Notes under the pieces: generated by a model
The model's input: only the letters and a program-made list of their open reading frames with translations
The model's database searches: none
What the model was told of the DNA's origin: nothing
Source: Octopus sinensis
Lineage: Eukaryota
Direction: 5' to 3'
Length of the DNA: 64,000 nucleotides
Assembly: GCF_006345805.1 (NCBI RefSeq)
Contig: NC_043012.1
Coordinates: 44,888,001 to 44,952,000, forward strand
Shown here: in pieces, positions 14,180 to 26,500 of the stretch
Layout of the letters: each line of letters begins with the position of its first letter
Numbering within the stretch: position 1 is the first letter of the stretch
Translations under genes and position numbers: made by a program

Positions 14180-15156
14180 AATCAGATAACATTTTCTGAG
14201 TTCCATGGCTTAGAAAAGTGGTAACCTAGTGGTGCAAGCTCTGGACTGTAGGTATAGAGGGTGAAACAGCACTTCCAGCCCATAAAGTTCTGCCTCAAGT
14301 TTGCTCTTGGCCACATTCGTAGGATGTGCTGCAGCATTGCTATGCTGTAGAAGTGTGGATCTTTGACCAATGTCGAGTATCTGACTTTCAAAGCATCAGA
14401 TGCCCACTGCAGTTGTTGAGCACAAAGGTTAGCATTATCAGCATGGTCATCTGGCACAAGCTCAAAGTGCACACACCCTCTAAATTCCACCAAACGTGCA
14501 TCATGGCCTTCTGTTTGAAAACGTTCTGGAACCTGGCTAGGATTATGAAAATAGATCCACTTACAATTCGACGCCCAAAATAGGCATCTCGAGGATTTGC
14601 CAGCAGTTGTTAGCAAATGTTCATACGTCATTGAGCCTTGCCAACAGCATTTGTTGACAAGGCCGAGATTATGGAGGTACCGATTGATAGTGCTTTGAGA
14701 ATGACCAAGATCTGCCGAGAATGTGATAGTGCTTGTGCTTGGCAGTTGTTCAACCATTTCAAGCACGCCCCATTTTGCACAGCAGAAAGTCGCTCGGGCC
14801 TTGGCTTGTGTTCGAGGCTGGTGTCGTCTTCCTTGAAACGCCTGAACCGGTTTTTTTGTCACACGTTCGTTGACAGTTTCCGTACCTACAATATCAATTT
14901 GCTGCTGCTGTTGCACTCAGTCCTTTTTTTCCTTATAAGGTGGTGAAAATGGCTCTGTTTGCAATTTTCTCTACTCTGTATCAAAACTGTAAATAAGGAA
15001 TAAGCAATTAATGTTTGTATGTTATAGATGAATATAAAGAATAAACAATTTAGCAAAGATAGGACATTTTGCATCAAATTGATGATATAACATGGAGATA
15101 CAAGTTGCCAAAAATCATCAGTGAATATCCGAAAATACTTCTGACTCAACCTGGTA
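14180..15156 (-). mobile_element. Degenerate mariner transposon
   Basis: ORF 14182-14916 holds HTH-like STINRYLHNLG, FRGCVHFELVP, ANLCAQQL and YSPELAPLGYHF (cf. YSPDLAPSDYHLF); TIR-like TACCAGGTTGAGTCAGAAGT at ~15135-15156. Confidence 0.85.
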
Positions 15157-15212
15157 TACTGTTTATTTACCCCTCTACACACATTATATACATACATGCA
15201 TACATATATACA

Positions 15213-15280
<68 letters not shown>

Positions 15281-15742
15281 ACTATACGCTTCTTAATTTA
15301 ATAAAAATATAATTTCGGCCCGGCAGTCAGAAATAGAAATTTTACCATAAATTTAATCAGTTTTGGGACAGACAAAGTAAGGTATAGTTAGTTACTAGTG
15401 TTGTTAGATATTCACCAGAGAAAGAATATCCCACTTTGGTCACAAATTGTGTTGTAGCTTATAGTTATTTACAGTACATTCAAACCCAGAAAGATTGAGG
15501 TCAACAAAATGCTGTTTAGTGCTCTATAAATTGAATAATTAATTCACGTTGTCACATTTGTACTTCTATGTAAATTGGACGGAACTTGTTCTGGCGCAAC
15601 CTAATTCGTTAAAACTATCAATATGTATGGCATACTAAGTTCTCTGTGGACAGATGATTGTTCTTTTTCTGATGACAGTATAAGAAGACTTGAAACTAGT
15701 CATCTCGGTTATGAACCAATGAAATATATATATATATATATA

Positions 15743-16946
15743 TCACCTTGATCACCTTGACCGACCATTTCTTCGGGCGTCCATTTGACACCGCTGGTCA
15801 CAGCACGCTGTCCACTCCTCTCTGGATCGCGCCTTTCTCATCCACATGATCCCAATCGTCCTCCTGAAGTCGTAACTCCACCGTCGTGGAGGCCTTCCGG
15901 GTGGTCGTTTCCGCTCGCGCGGGTACCACTCGACAACTGTGCGGGTCCACCGATTATCGGTGAGCCGGGCGATGTGTCCCGCCATTTAAAGTTACTGCAT
16001 GTATACTCTGCGATGACATCCCTCACGCCGGACTTCTTTCTGATGATATCGCTACTGATGTGCTCTCTCAACGAGATACCAAGCATTGAACTTTCCATGG
16101 CTCTTTGAGCCGTTACCAGTCTCTGCTATTCTCTCTTTGTTGTAGCCCATGTTTCACTACCATGTATCATTGCAGGTAGAACTGTACTGTTGATGAGGTT
16201 GGCGCGGGTGGTCCTTTCCAACCTTCCCTTGAGCACATCCCTTATGCCATTAAACGCCTTCCATCCGGCCCTTACTCTCCGTGAGATATCCTTTTCGATA
16301 TCTCGGCACATATTCACTTCCTGTCCCAAGTAGACATATTCCTTTACCTCCTCTATTTCATCACTGCCGATCACCATTCGACTTGTTGGTACGTTGTCTG
16401 ACCGCATGAACTTCGTTTTCATGCGGTTCATCTTGAGAGCTACTGCAGAGCTTTTGATGTCGAGCTCCGTCAGCATAGTCTGAAGCCGATCCGTGGTTTC
16501 AGCGATGATCACGAAGTTGTCAGCGAAACGGAGGTGGGTGAGGAGCTCGCCATTGATGTTGACACCGCCTCGCCAGTCGATGCCTCTGATGATCTGCCCG
16601 AAACATGCTGTGAAAAGTTTTGGGGAAATCGTATCTCCTTGCTTCACTCCCTTCTCGACCGGCACTCGTACGGGTGATGACAGCAGAGCTATGTCGGTGG
16701 TGCATCCGGAATTTGCCTTCCTGAGCAGTTGCAGATATTGCGCCTCAACTCCTTGCCTCTGCAGCGAGTTCAGCACTGCGTTGGTTTCGACGCTATCGAA
16801 GGCCTTCTCATTGTCTACAAACGCAACGCAAAGAGGCAGCTTGTACTCATTCGCTCGCTCAAGCACTTGTGTTAGAGTAAATATATGGTCCATTGTGCTG
16901 TAGTTCTTCCGGAAGCCGGCTTGTTCCCTCGGTTGTTGTTCGTCGA
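15743..16946 (-). mobile_element. 5'-truncated RTE-clade LINE (RTE-1-like) with RT domain
   Basis: EQAGFRKNYSTMDHIF, FVDNEKAFDSV, GVKQGDTISPKLF, LRFADN, EYVYLGQ, AGHIARLTDNRW..KRPPGRP..RW; 3' tail (TCAAGGTGA)2; few frameshifts. Confidence 0.95.
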
Positions 16947-16960
16947 TATATATAGATATA

Positions 16961-17247
16961 GGTGGAGGCGCAATGGCCCAGTGGTTAGGGCAGCGGACTC
17001 GCGGTCGGAGGATCGCGGTTTCAATTCCCAGACCGGGCTTTGAGTGTGTTTATTGAGCGAAAACACCTAAAAGCCCCACGAGGCTCCGACAGGATGTGGT
17101 GGCGATTCCTGTTGTACTCTTTCGCCACAACTCTCTCTCTCTCTCTCTCTCTTCCTGTTTCTTGAGTAACGCTGCGATGGACTGGCGTCCCGTCCAGCTG
17201 GGGGGGGGTACACACGCGCCACAGAAACTGGGAAACCGGGCCCATGA
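16961..17247 (+). mobile_element. tRNA-derived SINE with V-domain-like segment
   Basis: tRNA-like head with A/B boxes (TGGCCCAGTGG; GGTTTCAATTCCC) and GCTGCGATGGACTGGCGTCCCGTCCAG; second copy at 33081. Confidence 0.8.
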
Positions 17248-17249
17248 TC

Positions 17250-17660
17250 GAGAGAGGCAGACAGAGAGAAAAGAGTTTGATATATAGAAAGTTGCGACAT
17301 ACTAGGAAGAGCTATTGAAAGAACGAAAGAGTGAGAGAGAGAGAGAGAGAAAGAAAGAAAGAGAGAGAAGGAGAGGGAAGGAGAAAAAGGAAGAGAGAGA
17401 CAGAATAAGGACAGGATAAAGTAAAAGAGAGAAAATGAGATTGGAGATATAATACTGTGAAATATGTAGGTAAAGAAACAAATAAAGTAGAGATATAGGG
17501 ATAAAGATAGATGAAGATATAAAGAGAGATGCAGAGTTGCCATATAGTGACATTGGTAGATAGTAAAATAGAGAGGGAGAAATGGAGTAAAGTGATAAAG
17601 GTGGCGAGATAGAAAGGGCGAGACAGAAAGAGAGTGAGGGGGAGGAGGGAAATAGTAAAG
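17250..17660. repeat. Purine-rich (GA/AAAG) low-complexity tract
   Basis: Directly visible. Confidence 0.8.
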
Positions 17661-18454
17661 TGGAAAAATAAAAAGTTGTGCCTCTTTATCGATTAACTCA
17701 GTCGATCCTACACCATCTTCCCCACCTTTTACGTTCCTATCATCTTAATTTTCCGTTACTTCGTTTCTTTATTATTTTATCTTGACTCCCATGTTTCGAC
17801 CACATTTTTTTATCTCTTTATATATTATGTTTTTTTTTTTTTCACTTTCTAGTTTCCTTTCCTTCATCTCTTGCAGAACTGTTTAATTACCATTCGTCTG
17901 CTAGAATTATTGAATAGAGAGAAATAAAAATAAGAATCCTTTCTTATTCACTCACACGTGATTCTTCAACAATTTCATTGATAATTTTGCTTTATATATT
18001 TATTTAATGTAATTATTTCAATTTAGTAGTTGGCTTGAGTTATTTTTTTACTGAGAATTTTTTAAAACTTTTATTTCGAAATGAATTTCATTCAAAATTC
18101 TAGTTCGCTCTCTTGTCTTCTGCTAGAGTCTTTCCCTGTAATCAATCTATTAATTTAATTAGTAATGAATGATTTGCAGTAAAGATAATTTTCCAGAAAT
18201 CTGCAACGCCACGAGGTTTCGATTTCAAGTCAAACTACTTACTTTCCACCACTGTTGCTGTGGGCAACATCAGAGATATATCCCCTCGCTGTCCCCACTT
18301 CTATATCATATAATTCGTGTTCGTCAAACACAAACCAATAATACTGATTTTATCAGTAAGTGTAGATGGTCCAACCAATGGATCACTGCAATATATCAAC
18401 CTTCTCAACAAAACTTTAGTCGCTGTTACCGATTACTAATCAAAATAATATCTA

Positions 18455-18690
18455 GTTTCAGGCGTAGACATGATTGTGTGGTTAAGAATTTCACTTTGAA
18501 ATCCTGTTGTTCCGAGTTACATAATACAAAGAAGTACCTGGGTCAAATGCTTTTTCCTTGTTTCCTTCCGCCGACCAGTTTGGTAAAACGAAGCTGCGGG
18601 AGTTCATTGTGTATATGTACATGTGTCTGTGTTTACCTGTATAAATCGATGTCATGTTGCGTCTTGTATGTCAAAATCGTAACTTAGCGC
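18455..18690 (+). mobile_element. Degenerate octopus-type tRNA-SINE
   Basis: AGGCGTAG..ATG..TGTGTGGTTAAGAA head and CGTAACTTAGCG body. Confidence 0.55.
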
Positions 18691-19204
18691 TTCGATAAAT
18701 GGGGTTAGATAACAGAGACAAATAATTTTGAAAAAACACTGAGATTTGTATAATCCTTGAAAAGGTTGCTCTTGCAGGACTGTTTTTCAATTTCATTACA
18801 GTAAGAGGTAACTGACAGTGAACCTAGATCGCAACTCGATTTCGATATTCGGTCGAACGTTTTTCACTTCCGGATTTCATTTCTTCTTAATCAGCAGAAA
18901 TAAATATTTAAAAGAGCTGAACAAGATAGAGTACGCCGAAATTCCTGGTGATTTGAGTTAGCAATACATGTCTGATATAAAATTTGTATATTTACGTTAT
19001 TAACAATACCCCTGCGAAAACTATAGAAGTCATTCTATTTCACGTTCTCTTAAAGATGTAATTTTCACTCCACAGTGAGGGTTGGATTTGGCAGAAATCA
19101 TAAAATCACTAAACTCATAAATTAGTGTTTCCAGTGTAAATTTGGTCCGGATTTGAAGGCGGCGAGGTGCCAGAATTGTTACTAAACCAGACAAAATGCT
19201 ATGG

Positions 19205-19370
19205 AGCATTTCTTCTATCTTTACGTTCACAGTTGAAATGCTGCCTCGGTGGACTTTGCCTGTTATCCTTTTCGGGTCAATAAAATAAATGTCAGTTGAG
19301 CACTGGGGTCGATGTAATCGACTAACCTCTTCCTCCATATTAGAAGCCTTGTGTCTATAGTAGAAGTAAA
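19205..19370 (+). mobile_element. Nin-domain-like SINE
   Basis: GGACTTTGCCT..ATCCTTTTCGGGTCAATAAAATAA..CACTGGGGTCGATGTAATCGACT. Confidence 0.7.
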
Positions 19371-20007
19371 AAGAGTAGAAATTTGGCCCATACGATTGCA
19401 CCTCACGCACACACACACAAACACATACACATTCTATTTCATTAGTTTCTATTGTCTATGATGTTGCTGTTTTAGCAGTTGTTAGTGCTGCTGGTGTGAC
19501 CGTTGCTGTTAAAATTAATACGAAATGTAGTTAACAAAGAAATATAGAAATGCAGTCTAGAATCTTTATTAATGTAAATCTAGTTAATAACGATCAATAT
19601 AATTAACTACAGCCGCAATACAATGAAAAACAAACGTGGACTTGGATTCATAGTTCCATGCACACACAAAAATGCTCTCACACGTACAAACGCACATACA
19701 TACGCACAGGAAAACGTATCAGTAAATTAATGGCTCTCGATCAGAATTTTCGACCATGGATGTTCAGTAGTTCGATGAACTGAACAGCAGGCTCATTGAA
19801 CCAGTGTTTATGTGGCTGAGTATTCCACAGACACGGGTACCTCTCAGGCGAAATCAGTGTGACTGTCTGACAACGCTGGGGATTTAAATAGCTGATACAA
19901 TCCGTCCGGGGAGCTTTCTGTCTCCCCAATATCACTCACAAAATATTTTGTTTCACGCAGCAAAATCGAAATCTTTCGGCCATATTGCGCCTACAACTAA
20001 TGATGAT

Positions 20008-20126
20008 GCTTACAGCACTCAGGTATCCGTAGCAGTCACCCATCTAAGTTATAACCAGACTCGACGTTGCTTAACTTCGGTGATTGTATGAGAACTGATG
20101 CTTGCAATGTGATATGGCCATAAGAA
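20008..20126 (-). pseudogene. 5S rRNA pseudogene or 5S-derived sequence
   Basis: Reverse strand reads GGCCATATCAC.TTG.AAGCA.C.GTTCTC..AC.ATCACCGAAGTTAAGCAACGTCGAG.CTGGTTA..ACTT.GATGGTGAC.GC..CGGATACC.GAGTGCTGTAAGC, close to invertebrate 5S with many substitutions. Confidence 0.85.
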
Positions 20127-20339
20127 CATATTAGTAAACTGATACAAATAACAGTTATCAAACGCTAACATAGACATCAACAAGGCACACACAAATACTG
20201 CCTGATCCAAACATATACACCTATTTCTATATACAAATCCATTTATTGAAATATACGAAAATAAGCTGTCATTCTGTTTGGTTACGACGACGGAGTTCCA
20301 GTTGATCCTATCAACGGAACAGTCTGCACATGAAATTAA

Positions 20340-20515
20340 CAGACACGTGGACCCTTAACATAGTTCTCAGGGGGATTCAGCGTGACACAGAGTTTCACAA
20401 GGCTGGCCCATTCGAATTGGAGATACAACCCATTTTTGCCATTTGAATGGACTGGAGGAACGTGAAATAAAGTGTTTTGCACAAGGACACACTCATCGCT
20501 GGGAATCGATATATA
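20340..20515 (-). mobile_element. tRNA-SINE body fragment (CORE/Meta-like)
   Basis: Reverse strand GTGTCCTTGTGCAAAACACTTTATTTCACGTT.CTCCAGTCCA; same family as 41698-41993. Confidence 0.6.
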
Positions 20516-20616
20516 TAAAGTTAATCCAAACAAGAAAGCACAAAAAACACAACAACGCGAGGACGTGGAACAAATATTGTATTATTGGACGCTCAGGAAA
20601 GAAGGGAAGAAGGAGG

Positions 20617-20651
20617 GTTTAACGTTTCGAGCGGAGCTCTTCGTCGGAAAC
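20617..20651 (-). ncRNA. Degenerate minimal type I hammerhead, same family as 614-649
   Basis: Reverse strand GUUU-CCGACGA-A-GAGC-UCC-GCUC-GAAA-CG-UU-AAAC; core U4 changed to C. Downstream CCTGAGCGT..ATAAT flank is shared with the 614 copy. Confidence 0.5.
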
Positions 20652-20748
20652 ATAGAAGAAGAAAGATCCAGAGAAGGGAAGACAGAGGAAAAAATCGCCA
20701 ACGGTACACACGAGGTCACATATGTATGTATGTATGTATGTATGCATG

Positions 20749-20804
<56 letters not shown>

Positions 20805-20871
20805 ATATAGGGGTACGTTACGCCGCAATAATATATGTATAGAAATAATATATAAAATATAAATTACAATG

Positions 20872-21363
20872 TGGGACAAGAATGCAAAAACACACAAAGA
20901 GACGACACAAAAAAAACAGACGGGTCACTCGAAGCCTCTGATCTTTAGTCGGAACCGGATCATCTTCGCAATTTCGGCTGTTTAATCTCGATATCACTCC
21001 GAACCGGCTTTGCCGCAAAGGCATTTTTCAAATACGCCAGCCAAGATAAGTTAAAAATTCTCTAAAGTCGCTCGCTGCTTTTGTTCTGCTTACCATTCTT
21101 GTTTTTTATTTCTATTTTTTGTTTCTTGTATTTATATTCGTGTGGCATCCTGTCTTTGTTTCGTATACATTCGATCCTCTTTCCAAGAAATCTAATGCCT
21201 GTGGCTTAATTTTTCCTTGGGGCTGGCCGGTTCGGAGTGATATCGAGATTAAACAGCCGAAATTGCTAAGATGATCCGGTTCCGACTGAAGATTAGAGGC
21301 TTCGAGTGACCCGTCTGTTTTTTTTTGTGTCGTCTCTTTGTGTGTTTTTGCGTTCTTGTCCCA
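20872..21363. repeat. Inverted-repeat element: ~137-bp arms, ~217-bp spacer (probably PLE-derived)
   Basis: 20872-21008 is the reverse complement of 21226-21363; a related single copy lies at 56130-56370. Confidence 0.85.
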
Positions 21364-21397
21364 TATATTTTATATATTATTTATATATATATATATA

Positions 21398-22243
21398 TAG
21401 TGTAATAAATAAAATATATGCATACATACATATATGTACGTACATACATCTACATGAATATATACATGCATATATAGATATAGATACGTGAGTACAGGAC
21501 ACCACAAATAGACGTAGAACTCAACGAGAAACGAAAACGTAAAAACAAGCATGGAACGGACCTTTTTTTAACAACGAAAAAACAGAGTACAAGACAAACT
21601 ACACAAGGAAAAATGCCCTTCATCAGCTGTCCCTAGTTCAACTCCAGCGTGTTTCGAAGGTGAGGACAGAACACGACTCGTCGAACTAGTCCTTCCTGCG
21701 AAAGAATTAAATAAAATTCCTTTGCAGAGGGGTGCGCTCGTGAATTTTTCCTCGTCTAGGCTTAAAGGCCCTCATTGTTTGTTTTCCTGTCCTGTTTTTA
21801 TTCCTTCTTGTACTGTATTTTTTTGTAATTGTATTTTTATTTTCTATTTGTTTTTAATTGTATTGTTTTACGTCCTGTTTTTGTCACAGTTTTTTTTCCT
21901 TGTTTTTACCCCTCTGCAAAGGAATTTTATTTAATTCTTTCGCAGGAAGGACTAGTACGACGAGTCGTGTTCTGTCCTCACCTTCGAAACACGCTAGAAT
22001 TGAATTAGGGACAGCTGATGAAGGGGATTTTTCCTTGTGTAGTTTGTCTTGTACTCTGTTTTTTCGTTGTGAAAAAAAGGTCCGTTACATGCTTGTTTTT
22101 ACGTTTTCGTTTCTCGTTGAGTTCTACGTCTGTTTGTGGTGTCCTGTACTCACGTATATATATTTATACATGCATGTATATATACATGTAGATGTAGGTA
22201 CGTACATATATGTATGTATGCATATATTTTATTTATTACACTA
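21398..22243. repeat. Inverted-repeat element: 336-bp arms, 174-bp spacer, hammerhead-like motif in each arm
   Basis: 21398-21733 is the reverse complement of 21908-22243 with scattered mismatches; related copy at 58960-59249. Confidence 0.9.
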
Positions 22244-22317
22244 TTGTATGACTGAGTGCCCTCGCGTCGATTCAATTCGATTCGTTTCGTTTCGTTTCGT
22301 TCCTTCTTCTCTAAGCA

Positions 22318-22356
<39 letters not shown>

Positions 22357-22409
22357 GCATGTGTATATATATGTTTATAAATATATATGTATATATGTAT
22401 ATGTATATA

Positions 22410-22790
22410 AAACGACCACAGTGGAGTACTGCCTTCACATCCCCGCATCCACAGAAAAGCCTCTGGTCAACGGGAGTGCTGTCGCTTCAGTATAGTTATT
22501 CTATCACTGTTCTAGTGGCCACTGTTTCTCGGAGCTGACCGGCCTCGTTCTTCCTCCAGTTAGACACTTCTCACCCTCTCGTCTCCTAACCCCTATCCAC
22601 ACTTCTTGCATCCAACTCCACTGGCATCACTCTAACCACTATACCTACTCCTCCCTCAAAAGAACGACGACACCTGAAATCCTCCTCCTGCTTACGTTTC
22701 CTGCAGTTATTGACATGGAACAGTTTAAACGGTACATTAAAGGTTGCAGCCTCAATGGCCTCGGAGCCTCGAAGGGTTTGCAAAAATAAC
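22410..22790 (+). pseudogene. CR1/L2-group LINE ORF2 C-terminal remnant
   Basis: RPQ-VEYCLHI; AVASV*LFYHCSSGHCFSELTGLVLPP; HYTYSSLKRT; FPAVIDMEQFKRYI. Confidence 0.7.
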
Positions 22791-22856
22791 ACGTTCTATC
22801 CCGTCCTTCAGACTTAACAACACACACATATATATATATATACATACATACATACA

Positions 22857-22919
<63 letters not shown>

Positions 22920-23467
22920 TCTATCTGTCCGAACGTTTTAATGCCCTCTATTGCGTTTTTGTTCCATTTTTATATTTATATTTATATACAAACATACATA
23001 TATATATATGTATATATGTATATATGTATATATATATATGTATATATGTATATAATCATCCATCCATCCATCCATCCACCCATCCATCCATCCATCCATC
23101 CATACCTTCATTGATTTATCCATCCACAGGTACACACATGTATCATACGTATCAAAAGGTCTGTTGAAATATATAAAATATGTGAAAATCATTGAAGATA
23201 GTAACGAGTGAGATAATTTTGTTTTTAAATTAAGTTTAAATGACGAGATCCTGGGTATTTTGCTCGTGACATTCGGCTGCAAATGTTATCTGAAAATGAC
23301 TGAATCTCACTGGGTTGTTTTCCTTTTCGTTTTCTTGTAATTACCGAGACATGGCGGTAGATTAGCTCGAGTCAGCTAAGTATAATGGCAAAGGTAACCT
23401 TTGATTAAACGCCATATATTATTTCATGTTTTATTTCGATCGCTAATATTTATATATAATGCTTATA

Positions 23468-23468
23468 C

Positions 23469-23499
<31 letters not shown>

Positions 23500-23537
23500 C
23501 ATACATACATACATACATACATACATACATACATACA
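23468..23537. repeat. (CATA)n microsatellite
   Basis: Directly visible. Confidence 0.95.
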
Positions 23538-26500
23538 TCTTTCTTGACATAGATACGAATACATACATAATGTATAGTATCATCTAAGAATAGGCGATTC
23601 TACAAAAATACGATTTACACAAAGGATATTTCGCATGTGATTAGCATGTGATTGTTGTTAAAACAATATACAATGGCAGCCATAGAAAATGTTGCTAGCA
23701 GCTATATAATGTTAAGCAAATACATATCTCAGCTCAGCAAAAATTGGGGGTAGAATCTTATAAAACATTTACAAAGCAAAAAATAAATAAATTTATAAAT
23801 AAGAAAAATAAACAGAAACACACACACACAAAATTGATGAACTGTTGTGTCAATAAGCTGTTTAAGGGTTGCTATTACTTGGGGTGGTTAATGTTATAAA
23901 GGTAGAACACATTAAGACATGCATTGAAGTTTGTATGTTCCTAGTGTATTACATGTTTGTATGTTCCTAGTGCGTGAACTGCTTTACATGTGTGAGAAAT
24001 ATTTTGATGCAGGTGTATTTGAACTTTGAAAGGGTGAAGAGAAAATTTATCCATCGGCTTTGAAAGGGAAACCAAACAGCATTGTTAATCTAGCGTATAT
24101 GAAGAATGTTAGGTTGCTACTTGCACGTATTTGATACGATCAGGAACAAATGAATGAAAGCATTGCTACTTTGAAACGGTTTAAATTGGCCCTTTGATAG
24201 AAATTATATTATATGTTAACATCAGGAATTCATAGAATTTATATTTTCAATATATACAGATTAAATCTTGAAAATCTAATTCGTTACAAAAAAGGAATAA
24301 ACAGAATCCTTTATTAAAGGATTTCAGAAATAGAAATATATTAAATAGATTTTAGAGATCAGAGTCATACAAGGTCAGCTTCGAAAGTACCGTATAGTAT
24401 CTACATAATTAAAAATCGAGTCACGAAAATGCTATATTCAATATATATGAGAATGCCTAGAAAAAAAGCTTAAATTGAATCTTTATACCATATAATGTGA
24501 AAAACGCTTATCTGTATTTCTAGTTTCAGGTTTATATTCAGGAATGGTACTGTTTAATAAAATTCAATCTAACTTTTCTTCTAATCTATTTATATTTCAG
24601 AACTGAGCTTGCGCCATATTGTTTAGCTTGCAAAACAAAGATAAGATAAGGACCGATTTAGCGTTCGTTTTTCCTAGTTCCTTGATACCATCTTCACTTA
24701 CCTTTATATTTAAATTTTGTAATTTTGCATTGTAAACAAAATAACAGCGGAAGGTTTAAAAGAATGTGTTTATATGTACAAAGGCACGCACGTATACACG
24801 TGCACACATGCACACATATACATACACTCGCGCACACACATTTGTGCTTGTGCGCATGCGCGTCTATGCGTCCATGTGTGCGTGTGTGTTTGTGTGTGCT
24901 CGTGTGCGTGGATTCCTGTATGTGTGTGTCTTCGTGTGTATAGGTAAATCATAAAATATGCGTATATGTGCTTTTATAGATGTGTGCATTTGTGCGTGCA
25001 CTTGCAAATACATAACTGTCTGGTTATAAAGTTTTCTTTTCGACCACGTAGTTTCTGGTTCAATTCTTCAGCCAGAAGCCTTGCGTAACTATTTTCTACA
25101 ATAGTTTCTACTATATGAGAGTGGAATTTGGTTGAGAGTGGAATACTTAGTGACTAACATCATGCTAAAGGTGAATACAGTAATATAGTTACCTTATAGT
25201 GTTTTCTTGAGGGTTGCATTACTCAAATCAATGAAAGAGTCACTTTTATTACCATACTGCTCGTATCTACTTTAAAGATGAGCTATTACGGATTTCTGAA
25301 TAGCTTGTATGACTTTTTGTGGAAATCAGAAGAGCCTAAATTTCACAGACAAACTTGGTCTTGATTCCCAAACACAGGACAAATTAATTAGGCTTTGATG
25401 TAATTATTTCGTTTCTTGAAGGTGTTAGTTAAGTCAACTGATAAGCAAAACTTCACTGAACAACCAACCAGTTCAGACGCTCCAATATGCTATATCGTAC
25501 ATTGTTATGTTGCTGTTCATATGAACTGAGTATGCTTGGGACCATTATCGTGGTAATCCACAATCTGATTTAACAACTGCCTCCCCTTCTTTTATTATTT
25601 TTATATCACTTCCAAATTACTGAGCAGTTTCGTTCAATGCTGCAACTTCTTTGACGGTTGGATTCAATGAAATACTTCAAAGGAACGTTTTGCATAATAA
25701 ATACACATATTTCTCTCGTATCAGATCTCCTTCAGTGAAGCATATTTCAGTTAGCCGGATTAAGAGGTGTTGTTTAACTATTATCCACAACTGTTGGATG
25801 ACAGATAGAACTCCCCACCCCCGCCATCACCTTGATGCAATGACAACCGGATCCGATATCGATATCAAATCAAGTCATTAAATATTTCTTGAAACAACAA
25901 CGAAGCCTTTACTTACTGCTGCATTTATGCAACCATATTTTCCTGAAGCCACAGCCAGTTTGACAAAAGGTCCGATGATATAGTCTTAGATATATGATGC
26001 ATGAAAATTAGACCGGATGATTATGATTGAAAGGCTTTTGATCATTAATCTGCTCCATTTGTGCTTATCTGGGATTGAATGATAATATGATTGCTTATAT
26101 TTTGCCTTTAGAGGGTGTCTTGGAGTAGAAATGGAAATGCTTGTCGTTCTAGAGCTTTTTGAACTTTATTTGTGCCTCAAAAACACTCAAATGTAATCAA
26201 ACGGGCAATTAAAATATCTTAAACTCTATTCCTCATTTGCGACTCAGTTCCTTAGTAAGCTATAACCAAATGAATACCGCACGACTTGTTACAAATAACA
26301 TACAAAGTCGCTCAAAACATACTCTATTATCTTTAAAAAGGAAGGACACACCAGGAAAAGTAATTGTAGATGAGAGGAGCATACCTAGAATGTTATACAT
26401 TTTAGCTCTGCTAAATCAGTGACGCACTAAACTCCAGTAAACATCTGTTAAATACCTGATCATTAATATTGGTTTCTTTTGATTAAGTAAATTAAATTAT

